Virus record (IMG/VR): IMGVR_UViG_3300047323_000190
Span: 1,346-65,345 of that record
Source of the DNA: a virus
Taxonomy: Duplodnaviria > Caudoviricetes
Length of the DNA: 64,000 nt
Strand: one strand, 5' to 3'
Shown: positions 27,220-36,367 of the stretch, one piece after another
Numbering within the stretch: position 1 is the first letter of the stretch
Layout: each line of letters opens with the position of its first letter
Notes under the pieces: generated by a model
What the model was told of the DNA's origin: nothing
Seen by the model: the letters and a program-made list of their open reading frames with translations, nothing else
Databases searched by the model: none
Made by a program: the position numbers and the translations under genes

Positions 27220-28103
27220 TGAACGTCATCAATCAGGAAATTCACGACCGCTTTTCGATCTACAACGCCGATTGCGTCGACCTGGCAAGATCGCTGCCGG
27301 ATAACTCGGTCGATTTTTCGGTCTACAGCCCGCCGTTCGAATCGCTGTTCGTGTTCAGCAACTCTGAGCGCGACATGGGCAACAACGCATCGAGCGCGGA
27401 TTTCTGGACGCACTACCGATTCTTGATCGCGGAGCACATTCGCATCATGAAGCCCGGTCGCCTTATTGCGATCCACTGCATGAACCTTCCGTCGAGCAAG
27501 GCGCGCGACGGTTTCATTGGCATCAAGGACTTCCGCGGCGAGATCATCCGGGCACACCAGGACGCCGGCTTTATCTATCACTCGGAAGTGTGCATCTGGA
27601 AAGACCCCGTGGTTGCGATGCAACGCACGAAGGCCCTCGGCCTTCTCTATAAGCAACTCCGCAAGGATTCGGCCATGAGCCGCCAGGGCATCGCCGACTA
27701 TCTGGTCGTGATGCGCAAGCCGGGCGATAACCCTGAGCCTGTCGAGCACACAGCCGAAGGTTTCCCGGTTGACCGCTGGCAGCAGTACGCATCGCCCGTG
27801 TGGATGGACATTCAGCAGAGCAAGACGCTCCAGTACATGAGCGCACGCGACAACGACGACGAGCGGCACATATCACCCCTCCAGCTGGAAGTGATCGAGC
27901 GCGCCATCGATCTGTGGACGAACCCGAATGATCTGGTCTACACGCCGTTTCTAGGGATCGGAAGCGAAGTCTACGTCGCTTTGAAGATGGGCCGGCGCGG
28001 TATCGGCTCGGAGCTCAAGACCAGCTATTTCAAATTGGCCGTCGAGAACTGCAAGAGCGCCGTTGTCGACAACCAATCGGATCTTTTCGGAGCTGCAGCT
28101 TGA
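27219..28103 (+). CDS. DNA N4/N6 methyltransferase, beta class
   Basis: SPPF catalytic motif precedes PFLGIGS SAM-binding motif. Confidence 0.9.
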   Translation: MNVINQEIHDRFSIYNADCVDLARSLPDNSVDFSVYSPPFESLFVFSNSERDMGNNASSADFWTHYRFLIAEHIRIMKPGRLIAIHCMNLPSSKARDGFIGIKDFRGEIIRAHQDAGFIYHSEVCIWKDPVVAMQRTKALGLLYKQLRKDSAMSRQGIADYLVVMRKPGDNPEPVEHTAEGFPVDRWQQYASPVWMDIQQSKTLQYMSARDNDDERHISPLQLEVIERAIDLWTNPNDLVYTPFLGIGSEVYVALKMGRRGIGSELKTSYFKLAVENCKSAVVDNQSDLFGAAA

Positions 28104-28387
28104 GACGCATTGCCCGAGTAGACGGAAACCAGGCCGACATCGTGTCGGCCCTCCGCAAGATCGGCGCAAGCGTCAGCCCGACTCACACGATCGGCGGCGG
28201 ATTCCCCGATCTCGTCGTCGGGTTCCGCAGGCGCTCTGTGTTGTTCGAAGTGAAAGACCCGAAGCAGCCGCCGAGCAAACGAAAGCTCACTGACGACGAA
28301 GCGATCTGGTTTGGGAATTGGAAAGGCGAAGCATACGTGATCGAAACCGCAGAGGAAGCGATCGCAATTCTGATGAAGGGGGAATGA
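28100..28387 (+). CDS. VRR-NUC-like nuclease
   Basis: D.NQ..IV..LR...GFPDL...EVK. Confidence 0.8.
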   Translation: MRRIARVDGNQADIVSALRKIGASVSPTHTIGGGFPDLVVGFRRRSVLFEVKDPKQPPSKRKLTDDEAIWFGNWKGEAYVIETAEEAIAILMKGE

Positions 28388-28388
28388 C

Positions 28389-28883
28389 ATGCCAGCAAGC
28401 AAAAAATCTGGAAGAAAGTACGACCCGAACAAATCCGCCCGTCGCATCGTCTCATGGGCGGAACGCAAGGTCGGAGAACGCCCGATCAACGCCGCCGCCC
28501 AGCGCGACATCGGTATTGCCGCACACATCGCTTTCGAGCGTTTGCGCAATGGCGGCGACAAGGAATCTCTGTTCATCCTCGCCACGACGTTCGACGTCGC
28601 TCACGAATTGGCCGTCAAAGGCTGTGGCGTGGATTATCTCGCCGAGATCAAAGGCGGCATGGCGGCATTGGTCCGGGCGAAGAAGGCCGCGAATCTGACC
28701 GGCAAATGGATCGTCACTGGCGATGACGCGGAGATGGTCCGGACGACGCTGGAAATTCACGATGCACAGCTTGAGGCTGCCGCCCGCGCTGTCGTCGTCA
28801 AGGCGCTAAAGGATGTGATGGACCGGGTTGCAACGGGATCGCAAGAGACTGAGTTTGAAACTTTGATGCTGGAGGCAGCTTAA
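28389..28883 (+). CDS. Hypothetical protein
   Basis: Coupled ORF. Confidence 0.7.
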   Translation: MPASKKSGRKYDPNKSARRIVSWAERKVGERPINAAAQRDIGIAAHIAFERLRNGGDKESLFILATTFDVAHELAVKGCGVDYLAEIKGGMAALVRAKKAANLTGKWIVTGDDAEMVRTTLEIHDAQLEAAARAVVVKALKDVMDRVATGSQETEFETLMLEAA

Positions 28884-29819
28884 ATGGCCAGGCACCACAC
28901 AAAGATTCCGGAACTGTTGGCGCTTATTCGCGAGCATGGTCCTGTGTCGCCGAATCGACTCACGGAGCTGACGGGCGATTTTCGACAGTCCATCGATAAG
29001 TACATCCGCCAGGCTCACGAAGATGAACTGATTCACGTCGCCGCATTCGAGCCAAGTCCTCTTGGCGGAAATCGCACCGTGAAGCTGTACGCCATTGGCG
29101 CGGGGAAAGATGCGCAGCGTCCGTATGTGCATCAGAAGCATCAGAAGCGTGCCGCCGAAAAACGCAAGCAGGAGCCGGTCAAGCTCACTGCGGAGCCCGC
29201 TAAAACTATCACCATCGTCATCAGCGAGCATATCGCCGTCGAACCCAAAAGCGGCGAATGGTCGCCGGAGGAAGATTCTATCCTTCTCGAGATCTATTCG
29301 AACCAGCGCGCCGTAAAACATCAGTTGAGCCGACTTCCGGGGCGGTCTTATCCGGCAGTCAAGGCGCGCGCCGCACGGCTGAAATTCGATCACAAGAAGC
29401 CGATAACTGACGGTTCGCTGTCGTGGATCAAGCCGGCGATCATCGCCGCACTATCGAAAAGCGGATCGATGACCGTTGCCGACCTCGAACGAGTTACGGG
29501 TGCGACGCGAGCCGGCATGAAGCCCGTTATAAGGCGATGGCGTGGAGTCGATTGGCATATCGCTGGATGGGAGCGCGTCGGGGTACATGGATGGATTCCG
29601 ATGTGGGCTTTGGGAAATGAAATGGATGAGCCGAAGCCTCAACCAAAGAGCATGACTCAGGCTTGCCGGGAATGGCGCCAACGCCAGCGCATCGCTCAAG
29701 GGCGCATGAACCCCTTCGCGTCTATCGCCGGATTGGTGAGCATTCCAGAAGGTCAACGAGGCCGTGTTTTCCAGCAATCTATGTCTATCGAAGACGATGA
29801 ATTGGAGTGTGTCGCATGA
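28884..29819 (+). CDS. Multi-HTH-like hypothetical protein
   Basis: wHTH-like repeats; WSPEED..L motif. Confidence 0.65.
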   Translation: MARHHTKIPELLALIREHGPVSPNRLTELTGDFRQSIDKYIRQAHEDELIHVAAFEPSPLGGNRTVKLYAIGAGKDAQRPYVHQKHQKRAAEKRKQEPVKLTAEPAKTITIVISEHIAVEPKSGEWSPEEDSILLEIYSNQRAVKHQLSRLPGRSYPAVKARAARLKFDHKKPITDGSLSWIKPAIIAALSKSGSMTVADLERVTGATRAGMKPVIRRWRGVDWHIAGWERVGVHGWIPMWALGNEMDEPKPQPKSMTQACREWRQRQRIAQGRMNPFASIAGLVSIPEGQRGRVFQQSMSIEDDELECVA

Positions 29820-30025
29820 GCCCCGAATACACCAACCTCACTCCGCAACAGGTAGGCCGCGCTGCTGCAAATCTCAACATAAGCGGCACTCCCGAAGCGC
29901 TCATGGAGCTGTGCGTGTGGGCGCAACGCTCCGCCGACCAGGCCAAGCGCGATGCAGCGATGGACAGGATGGTTGCGGATGCGGAAGAGCTTGGTCTTTA
30001 TAACGAACCGGAGAAAGCAGCGTGA
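29816..30025 (+). CDS. Hypothetical protein
   Basis: Coupled ORF. Confidence 0.55.
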   Translation: MSPEYTNLTPQQVGRAAANLNISGTPEALMELCVWAQRSADQAKRDAAMDRMVADAEELGLYNEPEKAA

Positions 30026-30642
30026 AGAAACTGATTCTCAAGAAACTGTTGCGGGTTCATTCCAATGCCTGCTCGACGCCCTACTATCACCTGCACGGCT
30101 ACATGCTGCGCGATTGGGTGATGGGCTATCGAAGCCCTGATCGGAACATGGATAACCCGATGTGGAAGTCGGGTTTCAAGCCGAAGTCGTCGGCGATCTA
30201 CCGTCGGGTATGCCGAAACCTCGCCATCCGCGCTCACACGATCCTGCGCAGCGACAACGACCGTCACTTGCACGATCACCCGTCGTGGTCGCTGTCAATC
30301 GTGCTGGAGGGTGGCTACTGGGAGGTATGCGAGCCGACGGAATGGGCTGAGCGTTTCGGCGCGACCTACCGTCGAATCGTTGACGGACTGGACCGGGGAA
30401 TGATCGACAAAGAAGACCGTTACGAACTCGATTATGTCGCACGGTTCGGCATTTACTGGCGCGGCCCTGGCGCAATCGTCCTGCGTCGCGCTACCGACTT
30501 CCATCGCCTGATCCTGCCGCGTGGCACGGTCGCAAAATCGATCTTCGCCATGGGCAAGAAATCGAATAGCTGGGGATTCCTGACGCCGAACGGAAAAGTC
30601 TACTGGCGCACATATCTCGGACTCGACAAGGGGCAGGCATGA
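30022..30642 (+). CDS. Cupin-like hypothetical protein
   Basis: H.ILRSD.DRHLHDHP...S..L.GGY.E...FHRL...WGF. Confidence 0.7.
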   Translation: MKKLILKKLLRVHSNACSTPYYHLHGYMLRDWVMGYRSPDRNMDNPMWKSGFKPKSSAIYRRVCRNLAIRAHTILRSDNDRHLHDHPSWSLSIVLEGGYWEVCEPTEWAERFGATYRRIVDGLDRGMIDKEDRYELDYVARFGIYWRGPGAIVLRRATDFHRLILPRGTVAKSIFAMGKKSNSWGFLTPNGKVYWRTYLGLDKGQA

Positions 30643-31193
30643 AACCACAAATCATCGCCCTGGTGGGCAACGCAGGCGCAGGCAAGTCAACCGTCGCCGA
30701 TTACTTGATCGAGTCGCATGGATATCACCGCGTGAAGTTCGCCGGTCCGCTGAAGAGCATGCTGCGCGCCATCGGACTCGACGACGAGGAAATCGAAGGT
30801 TCTCGCAAAGAACAGCCCTGCGATCTGCTGTGCGGCAAGACGCCCCGTCACGCAATGGTAACGCTCGGAACGGAATGGGGTCGCGATTTGATCGGGCCTG
30901 AGTTCTGGACGGGACTATGGGAAGAGGAAGTCTGCGCGCACCTGAATAGCGGACTCAATGTGGTTGTCGACGATTGCAGATTCCCGAACGAGTTGGCGGC
31001 GGTCAAGCGACGTCGCGGTGAGGCGTGGCATATCGTGCGGCCGGCGCATGGTGGATCGTCGCTTCCCAGTCACAGATCGGAGGGCGCGTTGAGCGAGTAT
31101 TACGGCGACATGCGGACCATCGCAAACATAGGGCGGATTGAGGATTTGCATACCAAGGTTCGGCAGATCATGGAACTGGCGGAGGCGCTGTGA
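30639..31193 (+). CDS. Deoxynucleoside monophosphate kinase
   Basis: GNAGAGKS, FAGPLK, LGTEWGR, DDCRFPNE, H.SE. Confidence 0.88.
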   Translation: MKPQIIALVGNAGAGKSTVADYLIESHGYHRVKFAGPLKSMLRAIGLDDEEIEGSRKEQPCDLLCGKTPRHAMVTLGTEWGRDLIGPEFWTGLWEEEVCAHLNSGLNVVVDDCRFPNELAAVKRRRGEAWHIVRPAHGGSSLPSHRSEGALSEYYGDMRTIANIGRIEDLHTKVRQIMELAEAL

Positions 31194-31534
31194 CTGAAGA
31201 AGGCGAAATCAACATCTTCGGCCCGTTGAACTGGATCAGAGACAACGCCGAGGAGATGGCGCAAGCCAAGGCCGATCGCGTCCAGCTTGAGGAGTTCCGC
31301 AAGTCGAAGAAAGCGCTGTTGATGCGCGATGCGGAATTGAAGGGGCACAAGTCGGCCGTTTCGCAGGAACGCGAAGCGTACGCCCATCCCGAATACGTCG
31401 CCCTTCTCGACTCGCTGAAAGAGGCTGTAGAGCGCGAGGAACGGATGCGCTGGTTGATGGTGGCGGCGCAACTCAAGATCGAGGTGTGGCGCTCGCTGGA
31501 GTCCAGCCGACGCATCGAGGCGAAAACTCTATGA
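31190..31534 (+). CDS. Hypothetical helical protein
   Basis: QEREAYAHPEY motif. Confidence 0.7.
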   Translation: MTEEGEINIFGPLNWIRDNAEEMAQAKADRVQLEEFRKSKKALLMRDAELKGHKSAVSQEREAYAHPEYVALLDSLKEAVEREERMRWLMVAAQLKIEVWRSLESSRRIEAKTL

Positions 31535-31971
31535 AGCGCTCACCAATGCAACGGAAAACCCCACTCCAGCGCAAGCCCTGGAAGTCCAGCGTAACCGACC
31601 AGCCCGACTGGCGATCAGAGTTGAGGTCGGGAGGGATTAAGCGTAAGGGTCGCCCCGCTGCGAACAAGGCTGAGAAGGCGCATATGACGGCGACGGCGGC
31701 GCTGACTTGTGTTGTGTGCCGCAACGAGGGATTGGGCGAGTCGCCGGCCGAACTGCATCACCCGCGGTTCCTGGCTGGCGGCGGGCAGCGCTCTAGTCAT
31801 ATGGACGTGATCCCGCTGTGCGCCTTGCACCATCGCCTCGGTTCATGGGGAACTGCGTACCACGCGGGCCCGGAAGAGTTTGAACGGCGGTACGGCACAG
31901 AAGCCGATTTGCTTGCGCAGACGAAGCGCGAGCTTGGGATTGAGGAACAAGAAACGGAGGTCGCCGCGTGA
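31531..31971 (+). CDS. Ref-like recombination enhancement HNH nuclease
   Basis: CVVC...AELHH...IPLC..HH...H.G...FE..YGTE. Confidence 0.8.
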   Translation: MKRSPMQRKTPLQRKPWKSSVTDQPDWRSELRSGGIKRKGRPAANKAEKAHMTATAALTCVVCRNEGLGESPAELHHPRFLAGGGQRSSHMDVIPLCALHHRLGSWGTAYHAGPEEFERRYGTEADLLAQTKRELGIEEQETEVAA

Positions 31972-32798
31972 CGGCCTACTACAACGAAATCGACCCGTAT
32001 GCCGCTCAATGGCTGCGGAACCTGATAAAGGCCGGTCACATTGTCGCCGGCGACGTAGATGAACGGAGTATTGAGGATGTCCGACCTGACGACTTGCGAG
32101 GCTACACCCAATGTCATTTCTTCGCCGGCATTGGAGTCTGGTCATACGCGCTTCGCCGAGCCGGATGGGCTGACGATCGACCTGTTTGGACCGGTTCCTG
32201 CCCGTGCCAACCTTTCAGCCAGGCAGGCCAAGGAGCTGGGTTTGCTGACGAGCGGCACCTATGGCCCGCCTTCCACTGGCTCATCGAGCAGTGCCGCCCT
32301 CCAGTACTTTTTGGCGAACAGGTTGCAAGCAAGGCTGTCGGTCCTTGGCTCGACGTTGTTCAAACTGACCTGGAAGGATTGGGTTTTGCCGTCGGGGCGG
32401 TCGCTTTCCCGTCTGCGGGCGTCGGTGCTCCACACATCAGGGAAAGAATCTACTGGTTGGCCGACGCCGCAGGCTTCGGACTCGACGGGCGGAGGTCAGG
32501 CGAAACGCGCAATGGGCGAGACACGGCACGGGTCGAATCTGAACGACTTCGCTCTTTTGGCTTCGACGCACTGTGGCGCCCCGAGTACGAAGCCCATGAG
32601 ACTAACGGCTTTTGGAAACATGCTGACTGGCTGCGCTGCCGGGACGAAAAGTGGCGGCCAGTTGAACCCGGCACATTCCCGCTGGCTGATGGGGCTCCCG
32701 CGCGAGTGGGACGACTGCGCGCCTACGGCAACGCGGTCAATGCGGAAGCGGCGACAACGTTCATAGAAGTATCAATGGAAACTTTGGAGGCAGCATGA
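31968..32798 (+). CDS. C5-cytosine DNA methyltransferase, main frame
   Basis: [26 protein letters not shown]. Confidence 0.92.
   Translation: MTAYYNEIDPYAAQWLRNLIKAGHIVAGDVDERSIEDVRPDDLRGYTQCHFFAGIGVWSYALRRAGWADDRPVWTGSCPCQPFSQAGQGAGFADERHLWPAFHWLIEQCRPPVLFGEQVASKAVGPWLDVVQTDLEGLGFAVGAVAFPSAGVGAPHIRERIYWLADAAGFGLDGRRSGETRNGRDTARVESERLRSFGFDALWRPEYEAHETNGFWKHADWLRCRDEKWRPVEPGTFPLADGAPARVGRLRAYGNAVNAEAATTFIEVSMETLEAA
32059..32766 (+). CDS. Overlapping +1-frame polypeptide, putative MTase beta subunit
   Basis: WPTP segment and motif-IX-like [16 protein letters not shown], which the main frame lacks. Confidence 0.6.
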   Translation: MNGVLRMSDLTTCEATPNVISSPALESGHTRFAEPDGLTIDLFGPVPARANLSARQAKELGLLTSGTYGPPSTGSSSSAALQYFLANRLQARLSVLGSTLFKLTWKDWVLPSGRSLSRLRASVLHTSGKESTGWPTPQASDSTGGGQAKRAMGETRHGSNLNDFALLASTHCGAPSTKPMRLTAFGNMLTGCAAGTKSGGQLNPAHSRWLMGLPREWDDCAPTATRSMRKRRQRS

Positions 32799-33124
32799 TC
32801 GACATCGACGCACTCGAAACGCTGGTAAAGACGGTTACCAGTGGCGCCGCAGCACAAAAGAGCGCAGACCCAGTGATTCGCAACATGGGGAGGCTCGAAT
32901 TTGACGACGCCTGCAAGCAGTATCTGCGCGCCACCAACCCCGCCGCAATCCTCGCCCTTATCGCCGAGGTGCGGGCGTTGCGGGAGGATGCCGAGCGCTA
33001 TCGGTGGGCGATCGCATACGAGGACAACGCCGAAATGCTTCTGGCCGCCGTGATGAACAATGCGCCGGACAAGAAAGCGATATCGGCAGAGATCGACGCA
33101 GAGCGAGCCAAGGAGAAAGCATGA
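32795..33124 (+). CDS. Ead/Ea22-like hypothetical protein
   Basis: NPAAILALIAE...REDAERYRW. Confidence 0.7.
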   Translation: MIDIDALETLVKTVTSGAAAQKSADPVIRNMGRLEFDDACKQYLRATNPAAILALIAEVRALREDAERYRWAIAYEDNAEMLLAAVMNNAPDKKAISAEIDAERAKEKA

Positions 33125-33306
33125 CCAACATCATTAATCGAGTCGCAGCATTCGTTTCCGACCCGCTCAACGTACTGATTTTCTTCTTTCTTTGGGTCGG
33201 CGTCGCGCTGGTCGGGACCGATGGCTATTGGGATACCAAGGGGCTCATCGTGGCACTGATGGCGATACCGGCGTTCCTCGGCTACAAGATCGGGAGGCGC
33301 AAATGA
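33121..33306 (+). CDS. Small two-TM membrane protein
   Basis: Hydrophobic; AAGGAG SD. Confidence 0.6.
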   Translation: MTNIINRVAAFVSDPLNVLIFFFLWVGVALVGTDGYWDTKGLIVALMAIPAFLGYKIGRRK

Positions 33307-33554
33307 TCTTCTTCGCTGGCCTCGCAACGGGATTCCTTCTCGGCGGGATAGCGTTCGGGATATTCGCCCTACTCCTCCTCGTGCACAAGAGGGCGCCCGG
33401 CATCACCATGAACGCACGCAAGCCAGTAGACGTCCCATGCCAAGAGCGAAAGTATCGCGGGAAAGAAACAACGGTTGTGGTGCCTTCGTGGGAGAGGGAG
33501 GAAGTCGGCGGGATCGATTATCGCTTCATGGGCGTGGGTAACGAAGAAGTCTGA
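33303..33554 (+). CDS. Small membrane protein
   Basis: N-terminal TM segment; coupled. Confidence 0.55.
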   Translation: MIFFAGLATGFLLGGIAFGIFALLLLVHKRAPGITMNARKPVDVPCQERKYRGKETTVVVPSWEREEVGGIDYRFMGVGNEEV

Positions 33555-33714
33555 GAGTGTTGTTCTGGCGCGCATATACAGGATTGCAACGCAGAGGAGG
33601 GTTGCTTAAAAGAAGTGCAGAAGTGCGACATGTTTCCGTATCAAGCACTCCACAACAAGAGAGGAGTGCTTAAATTTATGGTAGTATGTTGACAGTTCAA
33701 TTCGAGGGGCGTAT

Positions 33715-34263
33715 ATGGGCAAGCAGTGGTTGTCGATGAGTCAAGAGGAAGTGAAATCATTCTTCGAATACGACCCCGCGATTGGGAAATTGCGGTGGAT
33801 ATTTCATCCCGACATGGGCGTTGCATGGAATGGTAGGAACGTTGGGAAGGTAGCCGGGTCTGAGGACAAGAGGGGCTATCGCCAGATTGGCGTTAAAGGT
33901 ACCAAGTACCTCGCGCATCGCCTCACATGGATCTACTTCAACGGCGACATACCGGAAGGTCTAGACATAGACCATATCAACCGAACTCCATCTGATAACC
34001 GCATCGAAAATCTTAGGGTGGCGACTCGGAAGGAGAACATCCAGAACACCAAGCCGCGAACCGTGGCCAATCCGAGCGGCTATCGAGGCGTCCTTTGGAT
34101 CGAGCAATGCCAACGGTGGCGTGCGTCGATCCAAGTTAATGGGAAGCGAAAGTATCTCGGTCATTACAAGACCGCAGAGGAAGCCGCCGCTGCGTACGAG
34201 AAAGCGGATCAAGACCTTGGCGGAGGCTTCCAATCCCGCTTTGACGTGAAAGACGCGGCCTAA
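33715..34263 (+). CDS. HNH-AP2 homing endonuclease
   Basis: AHRL.W...IDHIN....DNRI.NLR; SGYRGV...W.A.I...YLG.Y.T.EEAA.AY. Confidence 0.92.
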   Translation: MGKQWLSMSQEEVKSFFEYDPAIGKLRWIFHPDMGVAWNGRNVGKVAGSEDKRGYRQIGVKGTKYLAHRLTWIYFNGDIPEGLDIDHINRTPSDNRIENLRVATRKENIQNTKPRTVANPSGYRGVLWIEQCQRWRASIQVNGKRKYLGHYKTAEEAAAAYEKADQDLGGGFQSRFDVKDAA

Positions 34264-34286
34264 TCAAAATCACAACGGGGTTAGCG

Positions 34287-34721
34287 ATGGACTTTGAGAA
34301 TCTTGATGAACGCCTGAACAACTGGAGCAAAGTAGTCCGCTCTCCCCGCTTCCAATCCGGCGAGTGCGCGGCTTGGGCAAAGTGGTATGTGGCGCTAAGA
34401 GATTCTGGCAAGCCCACGGATGCCCCGCCCATGACGAAAGATGAATGGGACGGGTGGCTTGTCGAGAAAGCATGGACGATGCTGCCCAACCATATTTCGA
34501 AGTGGACCCTGAAGTACTCGTACGTGTGGAACATGTCGCCCGAGCAAGTTCAAACCAGGATGCGCAAGACGCACAACGCAAATCTTCGGGGCGCGAAGTT
34601 CGATGTGGTGATGGCGAGGGCGAAGTCGGACCTTCGGAAGAACATCGCTTCACTGACAGCCAAAAAAATCTTGAATTTCGTAGCAAAAGATGCTTGTAAA
34701 CCTGAAACGTGTGATTTATAA
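34287..34721 (+). CDS. Putative late antiterminator (Q-like)
   Basis: RL.NW N-terminus; last early gene, directly followed by a promoter-terminator pair. Confidence 0.6.
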   Translation: MDFENLDERLNNWSKVVRSPRFQSGECAAWAKWYVALRDSGKPTDAPPMTKDEWDGWLVEKAWTMLPNHISKWTLKYSYVWNMSPEQVQTRMRKTHNANLRGAKFDVVMARAKSDLRKNIASLTAKKILNFVAKDACKPETCDL

Positions 34722-34722
34722 T
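34694..34722 (+). promoter_or_regulatory. Late promoter (pR'-like)
   Basis: TTGTAA-17-TATAAT. Confidence 0.75.
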
Positions 34723-34797
34723 CGGCTCCAGATTACTGAATTCGGCCTCGCGCCTGAGCTTACCCTCGCGGAATGCGAGGCGTAGGCGTCACTAAAG

Positions 34798-34830
34798 AAC
34801 CCGCCCCAGCTAAACGCTCGGCGGGTTTTT
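34798..34830 (+). terminator. tR'-like terminator
   Basis: AACCCGCC...GGCGGGTTTTT. Confidence 0.75.
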
Positions 34831-34854
34831 CCATTTACATCGCCGGTCCTCGTA

Positions 34855-35106
34855 ATGCGATTCCCTGCCCCTCTTCGATCCCGCGATTACGGGAACCCGG
34901 AGGATATTGTCGCTGCTCGGCAAGCAGAAGCGGCGAATAAGGCAAGGCGCGCGGCAGAGGCTGCGGCTAATGCGCCGGTAGCCAAGCGCCCTACTCTGAC
35001 GCTCAAGCGCGACTCCAAGGCCGATAAGGTCAAGCGCTGGAGCGTTGCGCGAGAGGCTGCCGAAGCACTTTTTGATTTCCCGCCGCGACCCATTCTGGAG
35101 TCGTGA
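34855..35106 (+). CDS. Hypothetical protein
   Basis: PL.S..YGNPE motif. Confidence 0.55.
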   Translation: MRFPAPLRSRDYGNPEDIVAARQAEAANKARRAAEAAANAPVAKRPTLTLKRDSKADKVKRWSVAREAAEALFDFPPRPILES

Positions 35107-35170
35107 TTCCCTGCCGGTGTGCAATGCACCTCTGCCGGGAGAGAAGCCCCGGAAGAATTTTGAGGTCACC

Positions 35171-35368
35171 ATGCAGCATGAGATTAAAGTCAATGTCGGC
35201 TTTGACGCCGATGGCTTCGAGAAAGCTGTTCAGGGTTACCTGATGGAGTTGGTGGAAAGTGGAGCCGCTAGATACGACCAGGAGACTTACGATCTGATCG
35301 TGGCGCGCGCCGAAGCAATGGTCGGTGATTTCGTCAAGACGGAAACCGTCACAGTTACATTCGTATGA
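35171..35368 (+). CDS. Hypothetical protein
   Basis: GAGG SD. Confidence 0.55.
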   Translation: MQHEIKVNVGFDADGFEKAVQGYLMELVESGAARYDQETYDLIVARAEAMVGDFVKTETVTVTFV

Positions 35369-35594
35369 ACGCCCAGCAAGTAATAGACAGCATCGAGAGC
35401 GACATTTCGCGCGTCCGGAATCTGGATGCGGCGCTTTTGGCGTCCTTGATTGCGCGACTCGATGAACTCAGAAAGGCCGTCAAATGGGACTGAATCCGGT
35501 TGCTGCATGGTGGCTATGGTGGTCAACGGCGCTCTTAGGCGCTTCCAAGGTATGCATGGACATTGCCGAGCAGGTAGAGAGCGATGACGACTGA

Positions 35595-36100
35595 CGGATT
35601 CCCGCCGTCAGTGCAGGTCGGCTGCACAGTGTGATACGGACGGCGGTTTCCCGAATAGCCTCACCTGTACGAATTTCGGGCTTTCACTTCTGCCGGTGAT
35701 GCGTCACAACCCTAAGGGGCGGCAGACGTGAGAGCCAAAGGCGCGCATAGATATGCCGGGAGACAGACCGGAGCGCCGCTCCCAACGAGGAAAGCTCCGG
35801 TACACACGCCGGCGAGCTGGTGCAAAGCCAGCGCCTTCATGATTGACCGAGCCGGGTTCGAGCCCCGGGCGCAAACCGCAGCGCGGCTAGCGATCGCTCG
35901 GAGATCCTCGGTCATCCATGAGGGTGACAAGCCGCAATCGACCATTGATGCGCCAACCGGGGCCCAAATTCCAGGGTCGAGCGCATTGCCGCATGTGATG
36001 TGGCTCACTAGATTGCGCCGCCGCTATAAGCAAACGCAACGAACCGCGAACGCTTGCGGACTCCCTCGCCCAACATCCCCTCGTCACTTCACGACGATTT
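35595..36100 (+). ncRNA. Candidate structured non-coding RNA cluster
   Basis: Consecutive long stems, two T-arm-like hairpins, no credible ORF. Confidence 0.4.
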
Positions 36101-36124
36101 GCCCGCCGCGTGCGGGCGTTTTCT
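36101..36124 (+). terminator. Terminator-like hairpin
   Basis: GCCCGC-CGCGT-GCGGGC-GTTTTCT. Confidence 0.6.
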
Positions 36125-36138
36125 ATTCTAGGTATCCG

Positions 36139-36357
36139 ATGGCGACGCGGAAGACAGTCAAGGCTGAACCTGCGGAACGCACGGAGATCTGCAAAGAATG
36201 CCGGTTCTCGCATTTCAAGAAGAACGATGGGTTGCGCTGCAGGCGCTTCCCGCCAGTGTTTGTGTATGACTACGCGACCGGCACATCGACGGCGCAATGG
36301 CCGGAGGTCGATGCCGATGCGCATTGTGGCGAATTCAAACCAACACTAAGTTCGTAA
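36139..36357 (+). CDS. Small Cys-rich protein
   Basis: C..C.F...CRR.PP...WP.V.....CGEF. Confidence 0.7.
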   Translation: MATRKTVKAEPAERTEICKECRFSHFKKNDGLRCRRFPPVFVYDYATGTSTAQWPEVDADAHCGEFKPTLSS

Positions 36358-36367
36358 AGGGGAAACC

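Noticed and set aside
24877-28103. Complete restriction-modification or DISARM-like defence system
   Set aside because: The genes sit in the lytic replication operon among typical nin-region genes, and no specificity or other system components are present
35738-35870. Canonical tRNA gene
   Set aside because: T-arm-like hairpins are present but there is no D-stem, 7-nt anticodon loop or 7-bp acceptor stem; kept only as a tRNA-like candidate
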